DNA of 64,000 nucleotides, from positions 7,068,001 to 7,132,000 of the forward strand of contig OZ024750.1 in assembly GCA_964016885.1 (NCBI GenBank), read 5' to 3'. Below are positions 22,801 to 34,907 of this stretch, piece by piece. The translations under genes were made by a program, and so were the position numbers. The notes beneath the pieces are model-generated. The model had not been told where the DNA came from and did no database searches. It was given only the letters and a program-made list of their open reading frames with translations. Numbering within the stretch: the stretch's first letter is position 1; the number at the start of each line of letters is the position of its first letter. Source of the stretch: Eledone cirrhosa (lineage: Eukaryota).

Positions 22801-25378
22801 AAATATCACACCTTTGTTTCATTATTCCTAGTGTAAAGAGTAGTAGATTTGCAGAACTGGTAGAGCGTCAGGCTGCTTTGCAGCATGGAGTTACATCCTT
22901 TTATATTCTGAGTTCAATGATAGAGCCATCGAAATATGTATAGTGCTTTCGCAGAATTAAAATTCTAAAGTAAATTTTCCAGTCCGGCCTTTTGTTGTTG
23001 TTTTAATATGTGTATATATATATATATATAACTAATTATACTTAACTCATCCTATGGACTGAGTGTTCTTACCCTTGGATATTTCTATCAAACTTTTACT
23101 AGTGTATATATATACATACATACAATTTTTATATTCTATATCAGATAACTGCTGTGAACCCTCGGTTTTGTAAATGTTCCATAATGAATGTTGGACAAAT
23201 TCAATTACGGGAATCATTTCGAGGAATGATCCGGTAAGTTAATGTTTCTAAATCATAACAGTTTTCTTTTCTACTTATTTCACTTTGATTAATATATCAA
23301 CCTTTTCACGACAGTATTTCTAATGAAATACATTCTATTTTAGTTAATTAATGAAGAATTTTGAGAGATTTACTAAAATTATTAATTATTTCATTACAAA
23401 AATTGTAACTTAACATATGTGAAATTATAAAACTATGTTGGAAGATTTAAATTTAAATGGGTAGTTTTGATTCATAGAACCAAAGCTGGTTTTTACTAAT
23501 ATGGTTTGGTACGGTCCTGTAACTTCTGATGGAGTCGTAGGGATGCTGTATTGACATCTGGTGTTTCTTGGGCATTTTAAGCCTGGCAGAGTCCACCCTT
23601 CTCCAGACCTGAGTACAGCAGATTTCTTCCAGAGGATAGAAAGGAAGCAAGAAAGGGATATAGAGGAAGACTCAACCCCAGTACTAGACTGGAATAAAAA
23701 AAATTAAATAGGGGAGGCCAAATAAACATTAAAAAAATGGGTAGCAAGGCAAAGCTGTAAAACAGCTAGAATATTGATCACCTATAATATTGAATAATTA
23801 TTATTAAATATTAATTATTGAATAGTTTAAGATATTTCATAATTTCAATGTTTATATTATCAGGTATATCATTAAATTTTTTCTTTCAATTTTGGCAGGA
23901 AAGAAGATGTGAGATCTACAGAGAAAGATAAAGTAGGTGTCTTTGAATTAACTGCTCCCTTTTATCTGACAATTCAGATTCTGTGTTCTCAATTATCAAC
24001 CTTTATTTTGAGTCTATATTAACATTTATTTTCCCTTCTAGATTGAAATGTACCAATGTTTCCGGCCTGGTGATATCATTGTAGCTAAAGTTGTATCCTT
24101 TTATAACAAACACTGTGATTAATATTATAAAGGTGATTAAAGATACAAAGACTTCTTGGTATTTACAAGCTTCATCATCATCATCATTGTTTAATGTCTG
24201 CTTTTCCCTTGCTTGTAAGTCTGTATTTTTAATATGAAATGAAAATATTATTTAAGCTTTTTGGAAACATGGCTATTTATTCCTTTCTGGAATCCAAAAA
24301 TGTAAGGTAACACAGATAACGAATCTACTTCAGGTAGCCTTTTGTGAAAATGGGGGTTTCCACTATTATCTTGTAATCAATTAAAGTTGATTGAGAATAA
24401 ATATCTGTTAATATCATCACACTCACATCTTCTGTAAATGTCACCTTCACTCAAGTATCTCTCATACTCACATCATCTGTTAAAGTCTCCTTGACTTGAG
24501 TATCTCTCACTTGGTGACGCACACTCATACCTGTTGACCACGGCTGAGAATGAACTTGGAGTTGTGATAGCAACCAGTGACGCAGGTACAGTTGAAATTT
24601 GATTTCTTTTTATGTAAAAAATTAGAAACTTCTGGAAGAATTCATTATTTTCTATAATGAGGGCAACACTTTACTCAGTATAATGAGACTGACTAGATAC
24701 TCTATGATAGCTAGCTTGCTACTTTATAATTTTACTAAGGTTGACTTTGCTTTCATACAACTGAAAGGATTATAAAGTACCAGTAATATGTTATGGTTAA
24801 GACAGTTTCTAGCTATACTGTAGTGTTTTGGTGGTCTCATTCATGCCAGTTACCAATTTGGTACTTAATCTCCTTTACTGCTTACAACCAACCATTTCTC
24901 ACCCTCTGACCCAAAGACATACTGTCCCCTACAATCAGCCCTCACTGGCCTCTGAGTCACAGACGTGTTATGTCCTCTACTGCTCACAACCAGCTCTCTC
25001 TGGCCTCTGATGAGTTGTCCGCTACTGCTTACAACCAGCCCTCTCTAGTCTTTGACCAACAGGCATACTATCTCCTACAACCAGCCCTCTCTGGCTCACA
25101 GACGTGCTATCTCCTCTACTGCTTACACAAGAGACTCTACTCGTCAGTTGTAAAAGTTGGACTCCAGTATCACGAATCATCAAAACCATTTACACTTTAG
25201 CTGCAAATATATATATATATATATATATATTTGAATCTTGATCAATTTTTATTTTTAATTATTAGGTTATCCTATGGTACCAATCAGCTGGAAGGAAATG
25301 CAGTGTCCACATACTTTAATAAAAGAAAAACGTAAAGTAGCCAAAGTCCAGCCCCAATATATACAGGACCCTGAATAA
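19872..25378 (+). CDS. EXOSC1: Exosome complex component CSL4/EXOSC1, 8 coding exons, ~195 aa
   Basis: Exons 19872-19899, 22149-22267, 22717-22788, 23145-23233, 23899-23932, 24042-24092, 24504(or 24501)-24585, 25266-25378 have consistent phases. Translation [106 protein letters not shown] matches recalled CSL4 motifs. Confidence 0.95.
24093..24503 (+). other. U12-type (minor spliceosome) intron in EXOSC1
   Basis: 5' splice site GTATCCTTTT at 24093, branch sequence TCCTTGAC at 24488-24495, and no polypyrimidine tract before the next exon. Confidence 0.9.
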
Positions 25379-25806
25379 ATAAATCATCAAACATCATAAA
25401 GACTTGATCTGAAACTGTTTATTTTATCCCCAGCCCCACTTTAACCTGTGTTTACCTGTCATAGCCAGAGTTGAGCTGTTACCGGTCATTTTGAAAGAAA
25501 AACAAATACACACACATGAAGCAGAAAAAATATTTTAATCAGCACAAAATAAAAAATAATGAAAGTAATTGAATTTAATAACAAGTGGTCCCGTGTTTGG
25601 TGAAAACTGAATAATAGATGATCACAGAATTTTGTGGCAAGCCCCCACCATGCCTTCAGCCTCTACCTCCGCTAGAAACAGAAGTTTAGTATTATTTTTG
25701 TGTTAACTAATTAGCATAAAAATCAACAAACAGATTTTGAAACAATCTTATTAAATGAAGGCACTTTCTCTTTTTGTTAAAAACTTCCTCTCATCATTAA
25801 CCATCT

Positions 25807-28800
25807 TCATACTGCCTGTTTATTCTCAGCATCAGAACCAGGGACATGACATTTAGTTTTGGATTGTCTACGAGTTTTTCGATGACTTTGTTTACTGTTG
25901 AATTTATTTTCAAACTGTTGTTTTAACTTTTTGTATTTTTCCCAACAACTCTTCAGATGCATTTTATAAAGTGTGTCATCAGCATAGGTAGCGTCACAAA
26001 TGTAACAGCGCTTCTCTTTTGTTGTGAGGCTACAAAGCAAAACATATATAACAATAACCAGAACATTCTACAACTGGCAATAAGAACAATATCAATAAAA
26101 CGAACAAAAATCAGAGAAATAAACCTTACTTTATATCTTTTTGTTCTGTGTCGGTTTTCCAATGTTCAGTGGAAACTAAAATTGAAAAATAAAAGTGAAG
26201 AGATTAGATGCAATATATATATATATATATGGAGGCACACACAAACCCATGCAAGCGTGGAAGATGGATGTTAAACGATGATGATGATGTGGAAAGTGCA
26301 CATTAAATGATGATATATATAAAGGATGCCGTTAATGATGGCTTTGGGTAAAATATACCTCAAAGGATAGAAACCAGCAGCCAGAAGTGTGTTTTTCTTC
26401 CTTTCACTTCTGTGGACCAACACACTAATTTGAAGAGTTGGTTCACCTAATGCATGCAACAATTTCAGAACATTTGATATATATCTATCATCATCATCGA
26501 TTAACGTCTATCTTCCACGCTAGCATGGGTTTGTACCATTTAGAGGCAAGTTGGATCGGGTGACCGTGTCTCGCTCATATAGGAGAGTTTCTGGATGCTC
26601 TTCCTAACACCAACCACATTGACAGTGTGTGTCATATATATATAAAAAGACATTTTGCTTACCTTTTGTACTGTGTGTATTATTCAAAGGTTCTTCAGAA
26701 ATATCCTCTACTGGCAATCCTTCAGTAATACTTAAAACACAAACAAATTCAGTAAGTTACAATAGCAAAACAAAAAGTTTGTAAAAGAAGGAAAATTAAA
26801 TGTAATCATATTTGAATATTAGAATAAGGCTGTTAGTTACCTGTCAAGGGCAGCAGATTGTATTGTTAAGTGACTGTTATCAGAATTAATGGGAAGGTCC
26901 CGAACAGGTTCAACTGTCTTCAATCTATCACCGAGTACTTCACAGTGTTGATCTTTCTTGTCTAAAGTAGCTGACACTGGAAATGTATTTACTTCACTTT
27001 TGTAAAATAATTTCTTAGCAAATTGCAGATTTTCAGTTTGTTTAACATCTGATACAAATGTATTTGAAGTTGAATGATCAACCAACACCACAGGAGGGGC
27101 TCTGGCATCAGTGGACTTATCAGCAGAGTTTTCACTAATTTCTGATAATAATTTACAATTTGCATCACAGCCAAATGTTATGTCAGTATTTGGTTCGTTT
27201 TCTGGGAGAGGTTGCTGAGAAACAGAAGCTGAAAAAAAGAAATGGAGAGAAAATAATTTTGTCCCATTATAGAAGTTAGTAACTTTTCAAAAAAACAGAA
27301 GAAAAAAAAAATATCAAACATTAGATACAGACGTGGCTGTGTGTAGTTTTGGGTTTGAAGGTGAGTTTGTATAGGACTAAATTTTTTATTGCAGTTAGTA
27401 GCTGAAAACTTGAACACTAAAAGAACTGAGTGTGTTTATGTGTAAACCTTCCTTCCAAATATTAATATATTTACAAAGATAAAAAAAAAAAAATTACTTC
27501 ATTGAGAAAATGTCTGTTATAAGGAGAATAGAGAAATGATGCTTTAATGAAGAAATTATCTTTACTTGTTGTACGAAGTTCTCGCCTTGTAAACGTTCCA
27601 CAGTTTGCAGCATGACTCTCAATAACATTTGGTTTAAACCAATCACAACACAGGGGACACTGGACGGTAGGTTTCTAATATATATAAAAAACAACAAAAA
27701 AACTAAGTTTAAACATCTGACATGAAGTAAGGTTTATAGACTACTTCTTGTTTACATGCTTTGGTCAAACGATACCAATAGCTCAATGTACGTAGAACAA
27801 ATGTAGTGCACCTGAGCACAACACAATAATTTCATTATTATTATTATTATTTAAATATCATGTCACTCCAATACTTACGTCCCAGATACGTATAATGAGT
27901 ATGTTTCCAGGGGGTACAAGACACACAGTGGAATATAGAACCCTCAAAACTCATTATACGTACCTGGGAAGTAGGTATGTTTTCAGAAGGTACAAGACCC
28001 ACAATGAGATATAGAACCCTCAAAACTTACCTACTTCCCAGATATATAGAGTATATTTTCAGAGGGTACAAGACCCACAGTGGAATATAGAATCCTCAAA
28101 ACCTACCTACTTCCCAGATATGTACAGTAAAAAACAAACTGGCTTATTGAGTATATACAGTAAATAATTTTAGCATTAGTTACCTTTTGAGAAAGTTTCA
28201 TTTTTTTGCTACTTTTTATGTCCTTTTCTGGTAAATTGTGTTTCCTCTTTTGAAGGTTTGTCAAAACTTCATCATCTTTGTTACTTTCATCTGTCACATG
28301 AGGTAGAATTCTGATAACGTCTTTTGCATCACATTCATCTGTTATTTCAGGTTTCTCAGAGGAATTTTTAAACTTTGTTCTTGGCTTCTTTCTCCTGTTC
28401 TTAGCACCTCTTCCTATATCCCTGTTTTGTTTTTTATCATTCTGAACCATCTCTGAATTGTCTCTGTCTTTTGATAAAAATACCGGTGATGAAGAAGGAA
28501 CCTCTTCATTTGAAGAGCTGTTTTCTTCTTCCACAAATCTATTCAATATCTGACATTTTTGCAAATCTCTTTTAGGCGATTCTGCTAATTCCACAGGTGA
28601 TAATGCTGATGACTCATTAGTAGAACTTATCTTAATTGATGCTGATGGCTCGTTAGTAGAACTTATCTTAATTGTTGTCTTTTTTATTCTGGTAGAATTA
28701 CCAATATCACAAACAATCTCAGAAGTACCAGACGTCTCTAACCCTAACTTGGAATATAAAGGTTCAATTTTTGGTGTGTCATTTAACTGGTGACTTTTAA

Positions 28801-30488
28801 TACTAGTCCAATTAGTTGATGTTTCAGATACACTCTCGTTGTTTTTAAATAATCTTCTACGTAGTACTAAATTTGGATGTGATTCGCGGTTGACATTTTC
28901 TTTGTTCACCTGTTTTTTACTTCCCAATCTTTTCAACGACAGTCTTGTAATTTTTTTATTTTCAATAGATTCTGGCTCCTTATTATGGGATTCGATAGTC
29001 TTATCTGGTTCTTTATTATGAGTGTCTGATACCTTTATTTTTAATTTTGGAAGTCTTAATACATATTTATTTGAATGAAGACCAGACTTTTTGTCGTCGT
29101 CATCTGTAATATTTACATTTATTGCAGTGGCTGCGTCGGAAACAACTTCTTTTTCACATGTTAGTTGATCCTTAGATTGGTCTTCTTCATCTCCGGACAA
29201 AGTATTACCTTCAGAATTTAAGATGTTTTTCCCACCACGCTGTTTACGGTCCAGAGTAGATAGAGCATGCTTTCCAGTTAAAACGGGTTCACCCCATTTT
29301 ATCTTATTTAAACATTTTGACTGTTTCTCTCTCAAATTTGAATGAACTTTGTTCCAAAAGGCAAGTAAGACCATGACATAGTCAGAGTTTGACATTGATT
29401 CAGAAGAAAATATTTTAGGATACACATTCTGAAAAGACATGAGTTTTTATTTATCATTGTTTTCTCATAAAATTTATACAGTTCTATCAAAATTTAGAGA
29501 CTTAAATTTAGTTGTAAACAACTCTACAGTTAATTCTTGCAAGAGCATCAGAATTACAGTTTGTGTCAAAAGACATAACAACTTCTCCTGTGCACTTGCT
29601 AGAAAGTATGACCATATGTAAACAAGATGCAGACCCCTTGGCCTGTCTGGGATGTCAGAAGCTCCACTTCAGTACTGACTTGGTCTACTACCACTATACT
29701 ACTTCTTGCTCTTGTTTGACAAGACTGGGGTTATCCTAAGCCAGCGTCCCAAAACATCGTTGTGCATAGAGCTGATATAACTATACTACTATAATGTAAT
29801 AGAAAGATAGATATACATCTACAACACTAACGCTACACTACAGCAATCTGACCACTTATACCACTGTACAATAATGTAATGTAACATATTAAACTGGTAC
29901 ATCTACACTACGGGTACTATCACTATACTATTGTAATGTAATAGAAAGATATTAAGGTGGTGAATTAGGAGGATCACCAGAGCATTGAACAGAGTACCTT
30001 GTGGTAGTTGTTTTGTGGCTCTCTGTGCTCTCCGTCAAAATCCTGCTGAGTTCAAATTTAACTATCATCCTTTTCAGGGGTTGATAAATAAAGTATTGGT
30101 CAGGAGTGGTGGTGGATGGTGTTGTTAGAGAATTGAACAAGATGTCTGACAGTATCTGTTCCAGTTCTTGATATTTTTGAATTCACCAACGACCAGAGTT
30201 AATCACCTGACCATGGGACCACAACTGATATTGAAAACTCCAATAGTAGGAGCAAGATTGTGGCTGTTTGCTACTGCACTATAATGATGGTGATGATGAT
30301 GATGATGAATATCTAATACTATTTATTACAAAAGTGAAAATCTAAGTATATGTATGTTTTAAATGATTGTTATTTATCCAACTCTTGATAGTAGAGTTGG
30401 AGCAGGCATTAAATGATGATATTATTTGAAACTTTGAATATATATAAAATATTTTGAAGAAAATTCAAATTAAATTTCCTCTTACCAT
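25807..30488 (-). CDS. UIMC1: BRCA1-A complex subunit RAP80/UIMC1-like protein, ~693 aa, two C-terminal zinc fingers
   Basis: Exons (minus strand): ATG 30488-30486 followed by GTAAG, then 29428-28184, 27674-27566, 27228-26841, 26730-26663, 26175-26130, 26029-25807; phases are consistent. N-terminal FSSESMSNSDYVMVLLAFWNKVHSNLREKQSKCLNKIKWGEPVL aligns without gaps to the recalled RAP80 Abraxas-interacting segment (..YTKVILCQL..LLNKKGFGEPVL). Zinc fingers are VQCPLCCDWFKPNVIESHAANC and RCYICDATYADDTLYKMHLKSC. The start codon is uncertain. Confidence 0.75.
27870..28125. repeat. Degenerate ~75-80-bp tandem repeat, ~3 copies, in a UIMC1 intron
   Basis: gggtacaagacccacagtggaatatagaaccctcaaaac recurs three times. 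Confidence 0.75.
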
Positions 30489-31344
30489 TTGACAAACGAT
30501 GTTCTGTTCATTTCAGGATAAGAGATGAAAAGAAATAATGGAAATGATAAAAATAATAATAATAATCACAGTAATAATGAAATTAATATCAACAACAATC
30601 ATATACCGTATTTGCTGGCCTATTGGACGCCCCACTTATTTTACAAGGACATTTCTTTTTAGTTACTTAAAACCCATTTCTATAATTACCACACATTTTG
30701 TTAAATACTTTTACAATAATGTTGTTGACAAAATCTAACCAAATCTAATTTAAGTCAAACTAGAAAACTAGATTGTTAAACCTAATATAAAGCTTTTGAT
30801 TTGATCTACCTGAAATAGAATATCACTTTTACTTTAAAATTGAGTAATATTTGGAAATTTCAGCAAATTGGCAGAGTTGTTAGAACATCAGATAGAATGC
30901 TTGTAGTATTCATTTCAGTTCTCTACTCTCTGAGTTCAAATCCTGAGATCAACTTTGTCTTTCATCCTTTTGAGGTTGATAAAAAGTACCAGTCTAGTAC
31001 TGGGGTTGATTCTTCCCTTATATATCTTTCTCCCTTCTATTCTCTAACACATTACTACAAAACAGAGCTTAACCCTTTAGCATTTACATGACTTTATATA
31101 CTATTGTATTTCCGTGCTAAAGGCTTTATTTCACATAATATTGATTCTATGAGATTTTGATGTTATTTATTTTAAGAACAATACCTTAACATAAGTATGA
31201 GTAACTAGTTACAGCCGGTTTGAACAGAGAGACGTGAGAGAATTCTGGTTGGATATGGCAAATTTAAATTCTAAAGGGTTAAACAAACACACATTTCACT
31301 TCAAAATAGAGCAAATTTATCACACCACATATACATACAAATAA

Positions 31345-31532
31345 TTATTTCTACTTTTGGCACAAGGCCAGCAATTATCGCAGTGTATTACTGGTACTTT
31401 ATTTTATTGACCCCGTAAGGATGAAAGGCAAAGTTAACCTCGGTGGGATTTGAACTCAGACCATAAAGGGCCATAACTCTTTGCTGCAAAGCATGGTGTC
31501 CAACCCTCTACCGATACTGCCAATCCACCACC
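31345..31532 (-). mobile_element. Family-A SINE
   Basis: Full-length reverse-complement copy. Confidence 0.85.
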
Positions 31533-33744
31533 CTATACTGCCAATCCTACAAATAATACAGTTAATTTACTATGCAGTATATTTTCTTTGGTTGCTGTTG
31601 CTGTTAGAGCTGTTTATATTTTAATCCTCTACCTCTCTCACGACAATTTGCTATACACTTATTTATATTTCTTTTCTTGACCAACAAGAATTTATTATTA
31701 TCAACCCATTACTTTTATCCATTTCCACAGAATTAAGCAGCCGATAAAAAAACATATTTCCTCACTCAGAAACTAGTCAACAGGAGAATTAGTGTGTTGT
31801 CTGAAATCAATGTAACACCTGTACTAAAACATGATTTACAAGCCAACACTTTAATTCACAATGCTCAAGAACATTGCTGTTATTGTTACAACCCACACCT
31901 ATGTAGATTTTGTTAACCTCCTATAAAGTTTATGTTAGTTTTACTGGCCTCCTACAAAGTTGCATCTCATAGTAGATTTCTCAAGTGTTTTAATGATAAG
32001 GGGCCTCATTCTTATCATGCTGCTGTTGTTGCATTTCAAAGCAGGTCTCTCAGGTGTTTTAATGATAAGGGGTCCCAGTCCTATTATACTGCTGTTGTTA
32101 CAGCTTATACTTACTTCTTTAGTTGATCCTTCAACTGTAAATTACTTGACTTTTTGTGATTGGGAGGGGTTATTTATCATATCATATCAATCAATCAGTT
32201 TTCTTTTAGATGGAATCTACAATATTTTGGTGTGAAGCAGTGGCACTTTAATGTGGGATTTAACTGAGTTCTATAGAGAGTTGAAATATTTTCAAGCCCT
32301 GAAGAAGAAATCTAGTAATAGGGATACAGTCTTGATGAAGTTATACCAATAAATATATTATATGTAGATTTGTCAAAATCATATCTAAACATATATTATA
32401 TGCAATTTTAGTAAATTTATATCTATAAATATATTGTATGCAGTGTTGGCAAAATTATATCTAAAAATGTAATACATTATGTGCAGTTTTGACAAAGCTA
32501 TATTTATAAGAATGTTATTTAAAAATAATCTAAGTGAATAAAATAAAAATCAATAGCTTTCCTACAAACTTGTTAGACCAGTGTTGCCTTAGTTGGACAT
32601 CACCACATTCTTGGGGCTAGATGGTAAGGATTAGTGAGGGAGGAAAGGGACAAAGGATACAAATTAATAGTTGCTTGTTTGGATAAGATATAAAATATAA
32701 TTTTCAATGCATAATTTAAAAAAATTAACTTTAATAGAGGGTGGAGGAGAAATCTATAAAAAAATGTTGTGAAAGTCTGTTAGACTGCTGATTTTAAGTT
32801 CAAACTGTTCGCCATTTTGATAGTTTGTTAGACAGGGGAGATAACTTTACTTGTTTTAGTTATTTCAAGACATGTGACCTTCGTCTGCAAGGTTGTATGG
32901 AAGAATGACAGGAAGGACACAGATAAAAAAAAATACAAAAAAACTCGCTCCAAATTTCCGGGAAAAGCCCCCCCCCCCCCAAAAAAAAAAAAAACTGTAA
33001 TATTAATATCCTAATATAGAAAAATCAATATATCAAAAATAAAACTACAATATGCTAAATATATCAATAAAGTATTATTAATTAGTAATAATAGAGTGGT
33101 TTATGGTTTTTAGTGATGCCTTAAGTTGAAATGAGCTGAGAAAGTGTCTGACTATCTTTAGATACCATCATCATCATCACAATCATTTAACGTCTAATTT
33201 CCCTGCTAACAAGGGCTGGACGAAAATAGATCATCACCATCATTTAACGTTCGTTTTCCCTGCTAGCAAGGGTTGTGTGCAAGGATATTCTTTTCTTTTT
33301 CACTCCACTGGTTTGTGTCACTGGACTGCAGCCATAATGGGGCTCCACCATCAAAGGTTTTAATTGATCATATTAACCCTATATATATATTTACTGTTAT
33401 CTATTTATCAGATAGCTAAATTACTAAGACACACAGACACACAAAAGGCTTTTGCAGTTTTTATGCACCAAACTCCACTCACAAGTTATTGGTACAAGAC
33501 TACAAAGGAAAATATTTGTCCAAGGTGTTGCACAGTGGGATCAAACTTGGGTAGTGGTGGTCGTGGAGGGACTCCATGACTATGAAGCAAAATTCGTAAT
33601 ATGTTCGTGACCATATTTCCAACAAAATTTTATTTAATTGTATTTTAATTAATAAAAAATCTGGAAAAATTTACCAAAATGATTAATTACCTCATTATTA
33701 GGATAATATTTGTAACATAACAAAAACTTCTTATATCAAAGAGT

Positions 33745-33952
33745 CATGAATCTTGGGTAATGACCGAAAGAATACAATGGTGAATACAAACAACCGAAAT
33801 GGGGTTCCTCTGAAGGGTATTTGATAAAATGCATAGCTTGGAGATCAGAAAGTCACTCCAGGTAGAGCTGCTACTTCTCCGAATTGAGATATCACAGCTC
33901 TGATACTATGAACATGTGGTTAGAATGTCCATTATATCAGTTGAAGAATCGC
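33745..33952 (+). mobile_element. Decayed RTE-type LINE, C-terminal RT fragment
   Basis: IQTTEMGFL*RV..EIRKSLQVELLLLRIEISQL*YYEHVVRM. Confidence 0.6.
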
Positions 33953-34383
33953 TGGATAGATTTTACAGGCAAACCAACCAGTATTTAGGATTTTTTCCAA
34001 AATCCTATATCGTCCACCAAAATTTAGGATTTTATGGAAAAATAAGAAAATAGCAACATGTCCAGAGTTGTACTTGTTTAGAAAATAATAAAGTGACTTT
34101 ATCTGAGACCAGGTGTTGAAGTTGAAGCAATTACATCATGGAAAAAATTATCTGAGAACACACAAAATCTGTTATAAAATCTCTTTATTTCTTGAGGTGT
34201 CAATATTTTTTATTGTACATTTGCAACTTATTCAAGGACAATTTCAGATTTGTGTCAGTGAACATATCATAAGAATTACACCAAAATGTTTGGAATTTCA
34301 AGAAAGAAATGCAAAGTGAATATAACAGAGTTTGTGTGTTCTGAAATGGTTCTTCCAAGATGTGAAATAGAGGAAAGATACAA

Positions 34384-34595
34384 TTAACCCTTTAGTTACC
34401 AATCCAGCCAAAAACCGACTGGTTCTATGAAATAAAACCATCCATCTTAAAGGTTTCCATTTTATATTAAAATCTTCCAACTTAATTTTATATAAGAATC
34501 TTATATTAAGTTACTATCTTAAATACATCCCTCAAAATTCTTCATTAATTAATTGAAAGTGTATTTCATTAGAAATGCAATCATGAAAGGGTTAA
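34384..34595. mobile_element. piggyBac-like MITE family 2; copies also at ~53822-54036, 57796-58001, partial at ~11620-11766 and 23320-23500
   Basis: TTAA-cccttt..aaaggg-TTAA with shared interior ggttctatgaaataaaacca..aatccctcaaaattcttcattaatt. Confidence 0.75.
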
Positions 34596-34907
34596 AGAAC
34601 ATATGTGTACATAATAATTGTAAAAGTATGTCAAACCAAAGTATAAGAATATAAAGCAATATGTCAACTGTGGATATTTTGAAATATTTTGTTTAATCAA
34701 AGAATTGTTAATATTTGAAAGAATAAACAATCATAACATATCTAGATGTATTTATGATTCAGTTTTATTCACAATAGATTTCAAATCAAATCTAAAGATC
34801 TAATTGATAATTTAGAAGTTTTAATGAAACAACTTTGCTGATTGTCACAGTTTTTGCTTCAAAACTGTTCATATAATGTACAATTAATTCTAAAAAACAA
34901 GAAAGCT

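Noticed and set aside
28103-29440. Stand-alone 445-aa gene from the ORF track
   Set aside because: It is an internal exon (29428-28184) read through into introns at both ends.
32617-32660. Second U12 intron (GTATCCTTT..tccttac..tag, minus strand)
   Set aside because: Only 44 nt long, too short to splice; more likely a pyrimidine tract.
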